From NCBI GenBank assembly GCA_977017645.1, contig OZ360222.1, positions 94,922,001-94,986,000 on the forward strand: 64,000 nt of DNA, given 5' to 3'. A program made the position numbers and the translations under genes. Within the stretch, counting starts at the first letter, position 1, and each line of letters starts with the position of its first letter. Shown in pieces: positions 25,753 through 37,530 of this stretch. Under the pieces are notes generated by a model that was given only the letters and a program-made list of their open reading frames with translations, had not been told where the DNA came from and ran no database searches. This stretch comes from Torpedo marmorata. Its lineage: Eukaryota.

Positions 25753-26385
25753 TATTATGGTGACTTCTATCCAACAATAGTAACCTGGAGGCTAAGTGAG
25801 ATACTTGTCTTTGACGCGTTTCAATTAATTTACCAACAAAGTCCAATATGTTCAAAAACTTTATTTACACACGTGACTTGCAGTAATCTTCAATGACTTT
25901 AATACAAACAGTTCTTGAAAATGATGTATGATGAGTTCCTTTAAATGATTCCTTAAACTGTATTTAGATGTTCAAATAAACGATTTTAAACCACAAAATA
26001 ACTAGTTTAAAAGTTCAATGAAACTATCTATGAAACGATGTATGAAAAGCTCTATGAAACGATCTGTGAAACGCTCAATAAAGATATGGCGATCTCACTC
26101 ACCCTCCTACGTCGCCATCTTTATCCTATTCCCTTTACGATTCGCGCATGCTCACATCGCTCCTATTCCACTGCGCACGCTCCACCGCGCACACTACATC
26201 TCCAACAATACACCGCGCACAATGACGTCAATTCCAGACTGTGCATGCGCCCGTCGGCCCTCCAGCGCATGTGCAGAGCACAGAACAGGCTGAGGACAGC
26301 CTACAGACACCGCGACTCCTACATAACCCGTCGAAGCACCGGAGCACCGCGACCAAGGTAAGTTATTGAGCCTACGGCTCTTACA
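25753..26385 (-). mobile_element. Solo LTR (633 bp) related to 10763-11308
   Basis: 5-bp TSD ATGAG at 25748-25752 and 26386-26390; ends GGCTCTTACA; shares TGGAGGCTA(A/G)GTGAGA(T/C)ACTTGT and TTTCAATTAATTT with the other LTR. Confidence 0.82.
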
Positions 26386-26426
26386 ATGAGAAAACCATTG
26401 AAACACTGTTGGAGGTCTAGAATCTT

Positions 26427-27590
26427 TAGACAATAGACAATAGACAATAGACAATAGGAGCTGGAGTAGGCCCTTCGGCCGGTCGAGCCAGCACTGCCAT
26501 TTTACAAATCATGGCTGATCACTGCTATCAGTACCCCTTACCAGCCTTATCCCCATAACCCTTAACTCCTCTGCCCACTAGAGTCTTATCTAACTCTCTT
26601 TTGAACATAATCAGCGAATCTGCCTCTACCACCCTCTGTGGCAGAGCATTCCACAGATTCACACTTCTCTGGGTAAAAAAATTTTTCCTCATCTCTGTCC
26701 TAAAGGGCCTTCCCTGTATTCTTAAACTATGCCCTCTAGTCCTCGTCTCTCCCATCATTGGGAACAAGTAATCCGACTTCACCCTGTCTATCCCCTTGAT
26801 AATTTTGTATACCTCAATCATGTCCCCCCTCATCCTTCTAAACTCCATCGGATACAAGTCCAGTTTTTCTAACCTTTCAGCATATGTCAACCCTGCCATC
26901 CCTGGAACTAACCTTGTAAATCTGCGCTGCACACCCTCTATAGCTAGTATGTCCTTCCTCAAATTTGGAGACCAGAACTGGACGCAATACTCCAGGTGGG
27001 GTCTCACCAGGGCCCTGTACAACTGCAGAAGGGCGTCTCTGCTCCTATACTCCAATCCCCTCTTTATGAAAGCCAACATGCCATTTGCCTTCCTCACAGC
27101 TTTCTGAACCTGCATGTTAGCCTTTAGTGACCGGTGAACAAGTACACCCAGATCCATTTGCACTTCCCCACTCCCTAGCTTGTCTCCATTTAAATAATAC
27201 TCAGCTTTCCTATTACTGCCCCCAAAATGGATAACCTCACATTTGCTCACATTGAACTTCATCTTCCATTCTTCAGCCCACTCCCCCAACCTGTCCAAGT
27301 CCCTCTGCATTTTCCTGACATCCTCTTCACACTTTACACCGCCACCCAGTTTAGTGTCATCTGCAAATTTGCTCATGTTATTAATAATCCCATCATCCAA
27401 ATCATTTACATAAATGACAAACAACTGAGGACCCAACACCGATCCATGCGGCACTCCACTCGTCACATCCTGCCATCCTGAAAAAGACCCGCTTACCCCA
27501 ACCCTTTGTTTCCTATTTCTTAACCAATTTCCTATCCATGTCAGCACCTTACCTTCAATACCATGCTCCCTGATCTTGCCCACTAGTTTC
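26427..27590 (-). mobile_element. Young 5'-truncated CR1 with uninterrupted RT C-terminal frame
   Basis: 356-aa open frame (GVPHGSVLGP, KFADD, LEYCVQFWSP); 3' tail (CTATTGT)4, seen as TAGACAA repeats. Confidence 0.93.
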
Positions 27591-28272
27591 CATTTCAATA
27601 GGATGGCTCATCTAGCCAACAAATGTAGAGAAGGCCACAACCCGTTGAACAGGTACAGAAAAATTCCCTATGTCTGGGTCAATCACCCTGAAAAGAGCAG
27701 TTTATTGGATTGGAACGTATCTTCACCTGGAGTATAGTTGAAAAGATATTAAAAATTCTTTCCAATAGTTTTCTAAGGATGAACAAGACCAAAACATATG
27801 TGACAATGTAGCAATTTCAGATTTGCATCTGTCACAAATAGGGTTAATATTATAAAAAATACTAGCCAATTTATCTTTGGACATGTGAACACGATGCACC
27901 ACTTTGAATTGGATTAATGAATGTCAGGCACATATAGAAGATGTATTTACCAATTTAAAAATCTTGTCCCATAGATCCTCAGATAAGGGTCTTGCAAGTT
28001 CCAGTTCCCAAGCCTTTTTAATCTTATCATGAAGTACTGGACGTAATTTTAATAATCTATCATATATAATTGCAATTAATCCTTTCTGGGAAGGATTCAA
28101 TTGAAAAATATTATCAACCATATACCTTCTTAACTATCCTATCAACCTGCGCAGAAACCTTGAGAGATGTGTGGATTTGGACCCCAAAGTCCCTCTGTTC
28201 CTCCACACTGTTAAGTATCTGACCATTAACCCTGTACTTAGCCTTCTGGTTTGATCTTCCAAAATGCAGCAT

Positions 28273-28543
28273 CACCAGGTTCAGGAACAGCTGCTACCCC
28301 TCCACCATCAGACTCCTCAACAACAAACTCAATCCGGGGCTCATTTAAGGACTCTTACTTGTGCACTTTATTGATTTATTTTTATTCTCTCTGTATTGCA
28401 CAGTCAGATTGCTTATATTTGTTATCTGTTTACATTTCTTTATTTGTTTACATGTATACGCTGTGTAGAGTTTTGTTTGCACTACCAGTAAGTAGTAATT
28501 CTGCCCCGCCCGCATGTATGTACTCTGACAATAAATCTGAAAT
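28273..28543 (+). mobile_element. Rex1/Babar-like LINE 3' end inserted in CR1
   Basis: CACCAGGTTCAGGAACAGC..TACCCCTCCACCATCAGACTCCTCAAC, ending GACAATAAATCTGA; CR1 sequence continues on both sides. Confidence 0.65.
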
Positions 28544-31500
28544 CACACTTATCCGGATTGAACTCCATCTGCCACTTTTCTGCCCAACTCTGCATCCTGT
28601 CTATATCCTTTTGTAACCTCCAACAACCTTCAGCTCCATCCACAATTCCACCAACCTTCGTATCATCCGCAAACTTACTAACCCATCCTTCCGCTTCTTC
28701 ATCTAGGTCATTTATAAAAATTACTATCAGCAGGGGTCCCAGAACAGATCCCTGGGAAGTCCACTCGTCACCGACCTCCAGGCAAAATACTTACTGTCCT
28801 CTACTACTCTCTGCTTTCTACCTGCATGCCTCATGACTTTCTGAACGGGTCTCCCAGTGGGGAACCTTGTCAAATGCCTTACTAAAATCTATATAGACCA
28901 CATCTACTGCCCTACCCTCATCAAATTCTTTTGTTACCTCCTCAAAAAAATCAATTAGGCTCGTGAGGCACGACCTTCCCCTCACAAAATCATGGTGACT
29001 ATCCCTTAGTAGACTGTACTTCTTCAAATGTTCATAAATCCTATCGTTAAGAATCCTCTACAATAGTTTGCACGCCACTGATGCAAGCCTCACCGGTCTA
29101 TAATTCCCCTGATTCTCCCTATTACCTTTTTTAAACAAGGGGACTACATTAGCCATTCTCCAATCCCCTGGCACCTCCCGTGTGGCCAAAGAAGACTCAA
29201 AGATCATAGCGAACACCCCAGCTATCTCTTCCCTCCCTTCCCACAGCAACCTGGGGTATATTGCATCCAGCCCCGGGGATTTATAAATCTTAATGTTTTT
29301 AAGAAGATCCAACACTACCTCTTCCTTAATCTCAACATCGTCCAGCAAACAAAAATGTTCTTTTCTGACCTCACCCTGATCAAGGTCCTTTTCATTTGTT
29401 TAGCATACATTTCAGCATTTTAATGTTTTAGTATTTTATATAAAAATGTAAGATCAGAAAAATACAAATATTTTAGTTACTACAATATTCAGATATTTTA
29501 AAATCTAAATGAGTTATTTTCTTCTGTAATTGCTATGGCATTGATATTTGGAAATATTAAAAATATTCTAAAATAGTTCAGATTTCCTGAGAATAGTGAT
29601 GATAGTGGTGCACCTGGCTTCCAGAATTTCCCCTTTTTTTTTTAACTGATAGAGTTCAATGGATTTCTGTTCTTCATTACTCCATTGCTGACCATAACAT
29701 CTAGTCATGTGTGTTTTTTTTATTATTTCTATAACCAAATCTGAATATTTACACCAAAATAAAATATATGTTTCATTAAATATCTTATACATTCTGGATA
29801 GATTTTTTTAAATTTTGTCCATATTAAATACCTAACAGTTATATTAAAGTATCTGTTTATGTTACATTTATTATTTTTTATGAATTTTCACATTAGAACT
29901 ACAGGTCTTTTTAATTCCTTCATTAATATTCACAAGAAAATTATTTAATAAAGCTTTATTTATTTCTCATATTTTAACAGTGTTTCCTTAAAATAATCAC
30001 TTAAAAACTGCCATCACAATTCAAACATATTATTTTCTACTTTATTTTAGAGATTCGTGAACAGGCTCTTCTCACTGCGGGCAGCGAGTAACCATGCAGA
30101 TATCTTGAACACCATTACAAGAAAAACAATCCATCAAAGAGAAAATTCAAAATCAAGAAAGCTGCATTCAAAGGAAGGCTGTCAGCAGAGCAGTCAACAC
30201 CACTTCTGTGCTCACAAACTAATGTAATGACTAAAAATATAATGTTCGAAGGAAAAAGTATTGTTGGTGCACCACGGCCAAGCAAACTGATGACAGTGAT
30301 CTGACAGACACATCGCAAGGTATGCGCAGTGTTGCTAAGTAACACTGCTGCCTCAGGACTCTGAGACCAGTAACAAGAAAGACATTGAACATGGTCTAAT
30401 CAACAGTCACAGATATGGCACAACCATTATTGAAGGCAGGGAGGTTGAAAGATAACCAGCAGAATATTGCAGCAATTCAAAGCAAGGGATAAAAGTTTAT
30501 CATTGCAGAATTAAAACAGCTGACAACCTCAGCAGCAGATTAAAAGAAGCTTCAGTACTTCTGAGCAATCTCATATTTGTCTACTTCAAATCAAACAGGA
30601 AGATCGATAATAAAAAGAAGAGTGATTGTAATGAATAAAATTGAAGAAAATAAACTCTTACTCCGCTAATAATTTTCAGAAACTACAAAATAGTTTCTTA
30701 ATTAAACCATCTTGGAAGCACAGGAACCCTCCATCATCCAAAAAATATGGTTAAAGCAGAGACGCTGGACCACAACGTTCTTTTCCTTTTTTTTCCCAAA
30801 TCTTTCTCCGCGCTATGTACCTGAACTAACACCATTAAATGTGATCCCATGGTGCAGAGATAATTGTAAATGTTATTGAACAAAATTAGCAACTAATATT
30901 CCTGCAGCTGCCAAACATCTGACAATAGATTTAATTATCGCAAACCATCATGTGAAGCTGAGTATTTTGAAGAGGTGCTTTTAGTTTTGGAAGAAACTAT
31001 TATTATGTCAAGGAACAATCCTCAAAAATAGCATGCCTTTTTAAATAGTTCACATAAATGACAAAACACAAATTACCTATCAACATATTTCTAGCTTTTC
31101 TTTCTCTGTGCATTTACTCCTGCATTCTTGTGCTGAGTCCACCCTAGTTCATGTACATCAAAAGAACTCCCATACCTAAATAATTCCTTATGATGGACGT
31201 ATAAAAATTAGTGACTGCAAAGGATAAATACACTGTGTGAACAAGTACTTTGCATTGGTATTCACTATGGAGAAGGACATGAAGGACAGCGAAACAGGGC
31301 ATTTTGAGATCAAGGAGGTGGTGGTGTTGGGTCTTTTGAAGAGCATTAAGATGGATAAATCCCAAGGGGCTGATAGGATATAGCAGGCAATTTGTTGGGT
31401 CAGATTAAATTATTAAGGGCTCTCTCAAATCTTTTGAAATATTTTGTGTAATTTGGTGACCAGAACTATACAAAACCCTCTAACTATAACTTTGCTGGTG

Positions 31501-31649
31501 TTTTAAATAACCTTCCTACATTTATATTCTATTCAAGGATCAGGGGTTGAAATATAGTGAAAAAAAAGTTTATTTTCCAAAGAAGAGACATCATAACAAT
31601 GGAACAGATGTATAAAGTAAGCATTGAAAAGGTTTAGAAAGTAATAAAG

Positions 31650-31895
31650 GATTATTTTAGTCTCACCGATATAGAGGAGACCACATTGGTGGCACCAAAT
31701 GTAGTAGGCAAGGTTGGAGGGGCTGCATGTGAATCTTTGCCTCACTGGAAGGGCTGATTAGGTCCCTAGATCCCTAGATAAAGAAGGTACAAGAATAAGT
31801 GTTGCACCTCCTGCAGTTGCAGGGGAAAATACCAGAGATCAGGAAGGAATGAGTGAGGAGAAATGAGTAGACCACGGAATCACATGGGAAGTGAA
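31650..31895 (-). mobile_element. Degraded Penelope-like GIY-YIG fragment
   Basis: RFTCSPSNLAYYIWCHQCGLLYIGETK. Confidence 0.7.
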
Positions 31896-32165
31896 TCCTG
31901 TGCCCTCTTCACTCTGCTACCATCGGGAAAAAGGTACAGGGGTCTAAAGTCGAGACTCAATGGCACAAGGACAGCTTCTTCCCCGCTGCCATCAGATTCC
32001 TGAATAATCAATGAACCAAAGACACCGACTTACTTTTCGTGCACTATTACTTATATATTTTTTTTATGGTAATGTCGTAAGATGGTAATAATATGAATGT
32101 TTGCACTATGATGCTGCCGCAAAACACCGAATTTCATGACTTGTTCATGACAATAAATTCTGATA
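31896..32165 (+). mobile_element. Rex1/Babar-like LINE 3' end
   Basis: LFTLLPSGKRYR...KDSFFPAAIRFLN terminus and CATGACAATAAATTCTGAT tail. Confidence 0.75.
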
Positions 32166-32507
32166 CAAAGAGTTGAGAAGGGGAAAATGTAACTATTGCA
32201 ATCCCATTGCAGCTGACAGAAATGATGAGGATGATTTGGCTGCAGAGGCTTGTTGGTAGAAGTAAGGAATAGGGGATCTGTTCAGAGGCAGGTTGTGTAA
32301 ACAGAAGTCTGAGAAATGCAAAAATATGAGTTCCACTTAGCACAGTGGAAGGGAAGCCATGTTTGCTGTAAAGGCAGATATTTCAGATGCCCTGGAAAGG
32401 AAGACATTTTACACCATATTTCAGGATCTGCAGTCCCTTGTGTCTCAAGGCCACAACTTCGGCTGATCAGATCTATAGGGAGTGGAGTCTTGAATAACTT
32501 ATATAAT

Positions 32508-32588
32508 TGCACAGTTAACTTAGCAGTTAGCACAACATTATTACAGTGCCACTGACCCAGGTACGAATCCAGTGGTGTCTGTAAGGAA
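32508..32588 (+). mobile_element. Truncated SINE head, interrupted by a PLE
   Basis: GCAGTTAGCACAAC..TTACAGTGCCA..GGTACGAATCC..TCTGTAAGGA resembles the HE1-like head. Confidence 0.6.
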
Positions 32589-32688
32589 GTAAAACACGAA
32601 GGTCTGCAGACACCGTGGTTGAAGTAAAAACACAATGCTGGAGCAACTCAACAGGTCAAACAGTGTCTTTTATATAGCAAAGATAAAA

Positions 32689-32728
32689 ATAACCGACGTT
32701 TCGGGCTTGAGCCCTTCATCAAAGTATG
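32689..32728 (-). ncRNA. Minimal type I hammerhead ribozyme motif (PLE terminus)
   Basis: Minus strand reads CATAC T TTGATGA A GGGC TCAA GCCC GAAAC GTC GGTTAT: core (U)UGAUGA...GAAA, 4-bp stem II, loopless palindromic stem III (ACGU) and a GUC cleavage triplet. Confidence 0.72.
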
Positions 32729-32875
32729 GGAAATATGTCGGCAGGCGTCCAAAAAGGTAGGAGCATGGTAGCAAAGGCAGGAGGCAATAGGTAGAGAAGT
32801 GAGGGAGGGCACAGCAGTAAGCAAGGGGAGGAGGGATGGCTAGGTTAATAGAGAGGGAAGGGGGTGGAGAGCTGA

Positions 32876-33152
32876 GGGTGGCACGGTTGGCGTAGTGGTT
32901 AGTGCAACGCCTTTACAGCGCCAGTGATCGGGACCGGACCTGGGTTCGAATCCCGCGCTATCTGTAAGGAGTTTGTATGTTCTCCCTGTGTCTGCGTGGG
33001 TTTTCTCCGGGGGCTCCGGTTTCCTCCCACCTTTCAAAATGTACCAGGGGTGTAGGTTAATGGGGTGTAAATTGGGCGGCACAAACTCATAGGGCCGAAA
33101 TGGCCTGTTACAGTGCTGTATGTCTAAATTTTAAAATTCAAAAAAAAAATTA
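32876..33152 (+). mobile_element. Full-length HE1-like V-SINE
   Basis: A box TGGCGTAGTGG, B box GGTTCGAATCC, V-domain, CR1-like tail and A-rich end. Confidence 0.92.
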
Positions 33153-33274
33153 AAGAAGGGAAGGGAAGGGAGAGCTGGTGAGCAGAAACCGGAAAAGTCA
33201 ATGTTAATGCCATGCGGCTGGATAGTGCCCAGATGGAAAATCAGGTGTTGTTCCTCCAATTTACGGGTGTTCTT

Positions 33275-36200
33275 TTTTTTTTTTTTTAAATATTTTATTT
33301 AAATTTTAAAATCACAAAATACATAGATCAAAAATAATATATCATTCCAAATACATGTGATATATTTCCTCCCTCCCTCCCACCCTCCCCTCCCCAACAC
33401 CCCCACCACTACTCTAAAGAGAAAAAAAAATTTAGTAACAAAAAAAAAAAGAATAAAAAGAAAAGAGTTGAATAATAAAAAATTAAAGTGAGGAGAAAAC
33501 AAACTACAAACTAATTCTATTTATATATTGGAGGTTAATTTCGCCAGCGGAGCCGACTTCCAGAGAATTAATTCATACCCATAATTCTCATATATGGGCT
33601 CCAAATTTTCAAAAAGAAATGATATTTATTACGTAGATTGTACGTAATCTTTTCTAATGGTATACATGAACGTAATTCTGCATGCATTCTATCTAAATTC
33701 AAATCTAAATCTGATTTCCAAGTAATAGCAATACATTTTTTTGAAACCACTAAAACAATTCGTAAAAATTCTATTTGATACATATTTAATCTATTTCTAA
33801 TACCAAATTTTTTAATATCTCCAAATAAAAATAACATAGGATCCATTGGAAACATAATATTAAAAAATCTATCTAAAAAATCTTTAACTTTAGACCAAAA
33901 ATCCTTAATTTTGGGACATAACCATGTTGAATGAACAAAAGAACCAATTTCATCCTTGCATCTAAAACACATATCTGATAATGCCGGATTAAATTTCTTT
34001 AATATTTTAGGTGTTAAATATAATTGATGGAAAAAATTATATTGTACTAATCTGTACCTAACATTAATAATTTTAGTCATACTCAATTTACATAAATCTT
34101 TCCAATGTTTTTCATCTATACTAATATTTAAATCTGATTCCCATTTTAATCTTGATTTATGGAATCCTACTTTAGGCATTTTTCTCTGAAGTAATTTATA
34201 CATTTGTGATATAAATTTATTAACATTTCCATTAGTAATTAATAATTCTAATCCATCCTGTCTTGGAGCTATTAATTGATTCCCCAATTTCTCAACTAAA
34301 AATCCTTTAACCTGATAATAAGCTAAAATTGTATTATCTAATATTCCAAATTTTTCTTTCAATCTGGAAAATGTAACAAATCTTCCAGCCTCAAAACAAT
34401 CTTTAATCTTCTTAATTCCTTTTTGAAACCATATTTTTAAAAATTGATTATCAATAGAAAATGGTAAAAATAGATTTTGATACAGTGGCATATTTGGAGA
34501 TAATGACCCTTTTCGTCCTATCTCATTATCTAACTGTGTCCAAATTTCCAACAAATGTTTAATAATCGGTGAATTTTTCTTTTTAACTAATAATAGTTTA
34601 GAATTCCATTTATAAATAATATCTTCTTTATATCTCTCCCCTATGTTATTCAATTCTATATTAATCCAAGCAGTAGATTTAGTTAAATCAAAAAATTCAT
34701 TAATAAACTTTAATTGAGCTGCCTTATAATAATATTGAAAATTGGGGAGTTGTAATCCACCCATCTCATAATTCCAAGTTAATTTATCCATACTTACTCT
34801 CGCTAATTTTCCCTTCCATAAAAATTTCCTAATAATAATTTTTAAATCTTTTAAAAAATTTTGAGGAATTCCAAAAGGAATAGATTGAAAAAGATATTGA
34901 ATTCTTGGAAAAATATTCATTTTAATGCAATTCACTCTTCCCATTAAAGTTATAGGTAAATCTTTCCAATTCTCCAAATCTTTCTTTATTTTCTTAAATA
35001 AAGGTGTATAATTTAATTTATATAAATTTTCCAATTTTGTATCTACTTTAACTTCTTTACATTTAGTATAATCTCCTTGAGATAAAGCCATTATCTCACT
35101 CTTATCCGAATTTATTTTATATCCAGATATCTCACCATATTCCATCAGTATTTTAGCTAATTGTTGAAGTGATACAATTGATTTTGTCATGTATATTAAT
35201 ACATCATCTGCAAATAAACTAATTTTATGCTCTTCTGTACCTACTTTAATCCCATTTATATTAATATCTTTCCTAATCATTTCAGCCAACGGTTCTATTG
35301 CCAATACGAATAGAGCAGGTGATAAAGGACATCCTTGTCTTGTTGACCGCGTCAAGGGAAATTTAGATGATATCTGACCATTTGTAATTACTTTAGCTGT
35401 AGGTTCTTTATATATAGTTTTAATCCAATTTATAAAAGTATTCCCAAATCCAAATTTCTCTAAAACCTTAAATAAAAAATTCCATTCTAGTCTATCAAAT
35501 GCCTTTTCCGCATCTAATGTTATCACCAATGGCAAATCTTGTTTCCTTTTTTGCAAATTGATTAAACTTATTAATCTTGCTATATTATCTTTCGAATATT
35601 TATTTTTAATAAATCCTGCTTGATCAGAATGTATTAAAATCGGTAGATACTTAGCTAATCTGTTTGTCAAAATTTTTGCCATTATTTTATAATCTACATT
35701 CAATAATGATATAGGTCTATACGACTCAGTTTTTAATACATCTCTGTCTTTCTTTGGTATAACTGTAATAATAGCATTCAAAAATGTTTTCGGTAATAAA
35801 TGGGTTTCCTTAATTTGACTCAATACTTCCATATATATAGGTATCAATAAATCTTTAAATTCTTTATAAAACTCTATCGGAAATCCATCATCACCAGGGG
35901 ATTTACCACTTTTCAATGTCGATAAAGCTTCAGTTACTTCTCTCATTGTAATAGGTAGATCCAATATATCTCTATTAAAATTATTTAATCTAGGTAATGT
36001 AATTTTAGATAAAAATCTATTAATTTTTGTGTCATCATGATCAATCTGAGAAGTATATAAATTCTGATAATATTCTCTAAAGGATTCATTTATTTCCTGA
36101 GGTTTATAAGTTATTTCACCAATACTTTTTTTGATAGCATTTATAGTTTTAGAAACTTGTTCTTTTTTTAATTGCCATGCTAAAACTTTATGAGCTCTTT

Positions 36201-37126
36201 CTCCTAATTCATAATATCTTTGTTTCGTTCTATCAATTAATTTTTCTATTTTGCGAGTTTGTAATAAATTATAATGCAATTTCCTCCTAATTAAACGATG
36301 TCTCTTAAAAATTGTTTTATTTCTTTGAAAATCTTTCTCCATAAATTCAATCTCCCTTTCCAATTTTTCTTCTTCTTTCAAATAATCTTTTCTAATTTTT
36401 GCCGAAAAACTTATTATCAAACCTCTTAAGTAAGCTTTTAAAGATTCCCAAATTATAAATTTATCATTAATCGAATTATTATTTATTCTTAAAAATTCCT
36501 GGATTTCTTTTCTCATATATTCACAAAAATCTTTCCTTTTCAATAAAGAAGTATCAAATCTCCAATTATATACAGTTTTTTCTTTCTCTGGAATTATACA
36601 CGTCATCAATAAAGGTGAATGATCTGAAATTATTCTTGCTTTATAAGATATTTGAGTTACTCTATCTTGAATTTGTGAAGATATTAAAAACAAATCAATC
36701 CTAGAAAATGAATTATGTCTAAAAGAATAAAATGAATAATCTTTTTCTCTAGGATTTAGTTTCCTCCAAATATCCACCAAATTCAAATCTTCCATTAAAC
36801 TAATAATTCTTTTAACTATTTTAGGTCTAGCAATTGTTCTAGTAGTCCTATCCATGCTCGCATTTAAACAACAATTAAAGTCTCCACCAATTAAAATATT
36901 TTCCTTAGCCTCAGATAAATGTAGAAAAGCATCTTGAATAAATTGTTCATCATCCGGATTTAAAACATATAAATTCAAAAATGTCCATATTTCTGAATAA
37001 ATTTGACAATGTATTAAAACATATCTGCCAGCTACATCAGTCACTACTGATTGTATTTTAAATGGTAATTTTTTATTAACTAAAATCGCTACACCTCTCG
37101 CTTTAGAAGTAAATGATGAAGCTACT
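33275..37126 (-). mobile_element. Young L1 (family A), 5'-truncated, 16-bp TSD
   Basis: TSD ATTTACGGGTGTTCTT at 33259-33274 and 37127-37142; poly(T) tract at about 33273-33287. Confidence 0.95.
33568..37044 (-). CDS. L1 ORF2p, open but N-terminally truncated and with a 15-aa in-frame deletion
   Basis: 1158-aa ORF highly similar to 3438-6770; lacks TKFKWTKEAIKYLGV. Confidence 0.92.
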   Translation of the reverse strand: MTDVAGRYVLIHCQIYSEIWTFLNLYVLNPDDEQFIQDAFLHLSEAKENILIGGDFNCCLNASMDRTTRTIARPKIVKRIISLMEDLNLVDIWRKLNPREKDYSFYSFRHNSFSRIDLFLISSQIQDRVTQISYKARIISDHSPLLMTCIIPEKEKTVYNWRFDTSLLKRKDFCEYMRKEIQEFLRINNNSINDKFIIWESLKAYLRGLIISFSAKIRKDYLKEEEKLEREIEFMEKDFQRNKTIFKRHRLIRRKLHYNLLQTRKIEKLIDRTKQRYYELGERAHKVLAWQLKKEQVSKTINAIKKSIGEITYKPQEINESFREYYQNLYTSQIDHDDTKINRFLSKITLPRLNNFNRDILDLPITMREVTEALSTLKSGKSPGDDGFPIEFYKEFKDLLIPIYMEVLSQIKETHLLPKTFLNAIITVIPKKDRDVLKTESYRPISLLNVDYKIMAKILTNRLAKYLPILIHSDQAGFIKNKYSKDNIARLISLINLQKRKQDLPLVITLDAEKAFDRLEWNFLFKVLEKFGFGNTFINWIKTIYKEPTAKVITNGQISSKFPLTRSTRQGCPLSPALFVLAIEPLAEMIRKDININGIKVGTEEHKISLFADDVLIYMTKSIVSLQQLAKILMEYGEISGYKINSDKSEIMALSQGDYTKCKEVKVDTKLENLYKLNYTPLFKKIKKDLENWKDLPITLMGRVNCIKMNIFPRIQYLFQSIPFGIPQNFLKDLKIIIRKFLWKGKLARVSMDKLTWNYEMGGLQLPNFQYYYKAAQLKFINEFFDLTKSTAWINIELNNIGERYKEDIIYKWNSKLLLVKKKNSPIIKHLLEIWTQLDNEIGRKGSLSPNMPLYQNLFLPFSIDNQFLKIWFQKGIKKIKDCFEAGRFVTFSRLKEKFGILDNTILAYYQVKGFLVEKLGNQLIAPRQDGLELLITNGNVNKFISQMYKLLQRKMPKVGFHKSRLKWESDLNISIDEKHWKDLCKLSMTKIINVRYRLVQYNFFHQLYLTPKILKKFNPALSDMCFRCKDEIGSFVHSTWLCPKIKDFWSKVKDFLDRFFNIMFPMDPMLFLFGDIKKFGIRNRLNMYQIEFLRIVLVVSKKCIAITWKSDLDLNLDRMHAELRSCIPLEKITYNLRNKYHFFLKIWSPYMRIMGMN

Positions 37127-37530
37127 ATTTACGGGTGTTCTTGCTGGGATAGTACATGAGGCCATGGATAGACATGTGAGTATGGGAGTGGGACGCAGAA
37201 CTGAAATGGTTGGTCACTGGGAGGTAGGACCCTGTCACTGGTGCGGACAGAGCAAAGTTGCTCAGCGAAGCGATCTCCCAGTCTGCGCCCAGTCTCTCTG
37301 ATGCAGAGAAGGCCACAAAGGGAGCACCGGATGCAGTAAATCAATCCTGCGGATACACAAGTGAAGTGTTGCTTCACTTGAAAGGCCTGTTTAGGGCCCC
37401 GGACTCTGGTGAGGGAGGAGATGTGGGCACGTTTGGAACCTACTGCGGCCACAGGGGAAGGTGCCGGCGGGGGCAATTGGTAGGGAGGGAGCGGTCCCTA
37501 AGGCAGAGAAGGGAGGAGAGGGGAATATAC

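Larger units (their letters stand above)
25295..28119 (-). mobile_element. L1 3' fragment (a different family) inserted in CR1 and itself split by an LTR and a CR1
   Basis: T-rich tail at 25295; KIKKAWELEL...VNTSSICA; imperfect TSD ATAGACCTTCTT (25283-25294) / ATATACCTTCTT (28120-28131). Confidence 0.8.
24657..29400 (-). mobile_element. CR1 LINE split by nested insertions (pieces 24657-25294 and 28120-29400)
   Basis: CR1 3' tail at 24657; sequence resumes at 28120 after the L1; RT motifs (DFSKAFDKVPH, KSPGLD). Confidence 0.85.
32589..37530 (-). mobile_element. Penelope-like element, 3' portion (GIY-YIG to terminal repeat), interrupted by a SINE and an L1
   Basis: Minus translation FTCVSAGLIYCIRCSLCGLLCIRETGRRLGDRFAE at 37129-37476, continuing at 33150-33274; terminal region 32589-32875 matches 48268-48443. 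Confidence 0.85.

Noticed and set aside
30050-30330. Exon-like plus-strand segment, considered as striatin exon 2
   Set aside because: No frame gives AQxAFLQGERKGQENLK or any protein I recognise.
32876-32960. tRNA gene-like A and B boxes
   Set aside because: These are SINE heads continuing into the V-domain and LINE-like tail; no full cloverleaf is evident.
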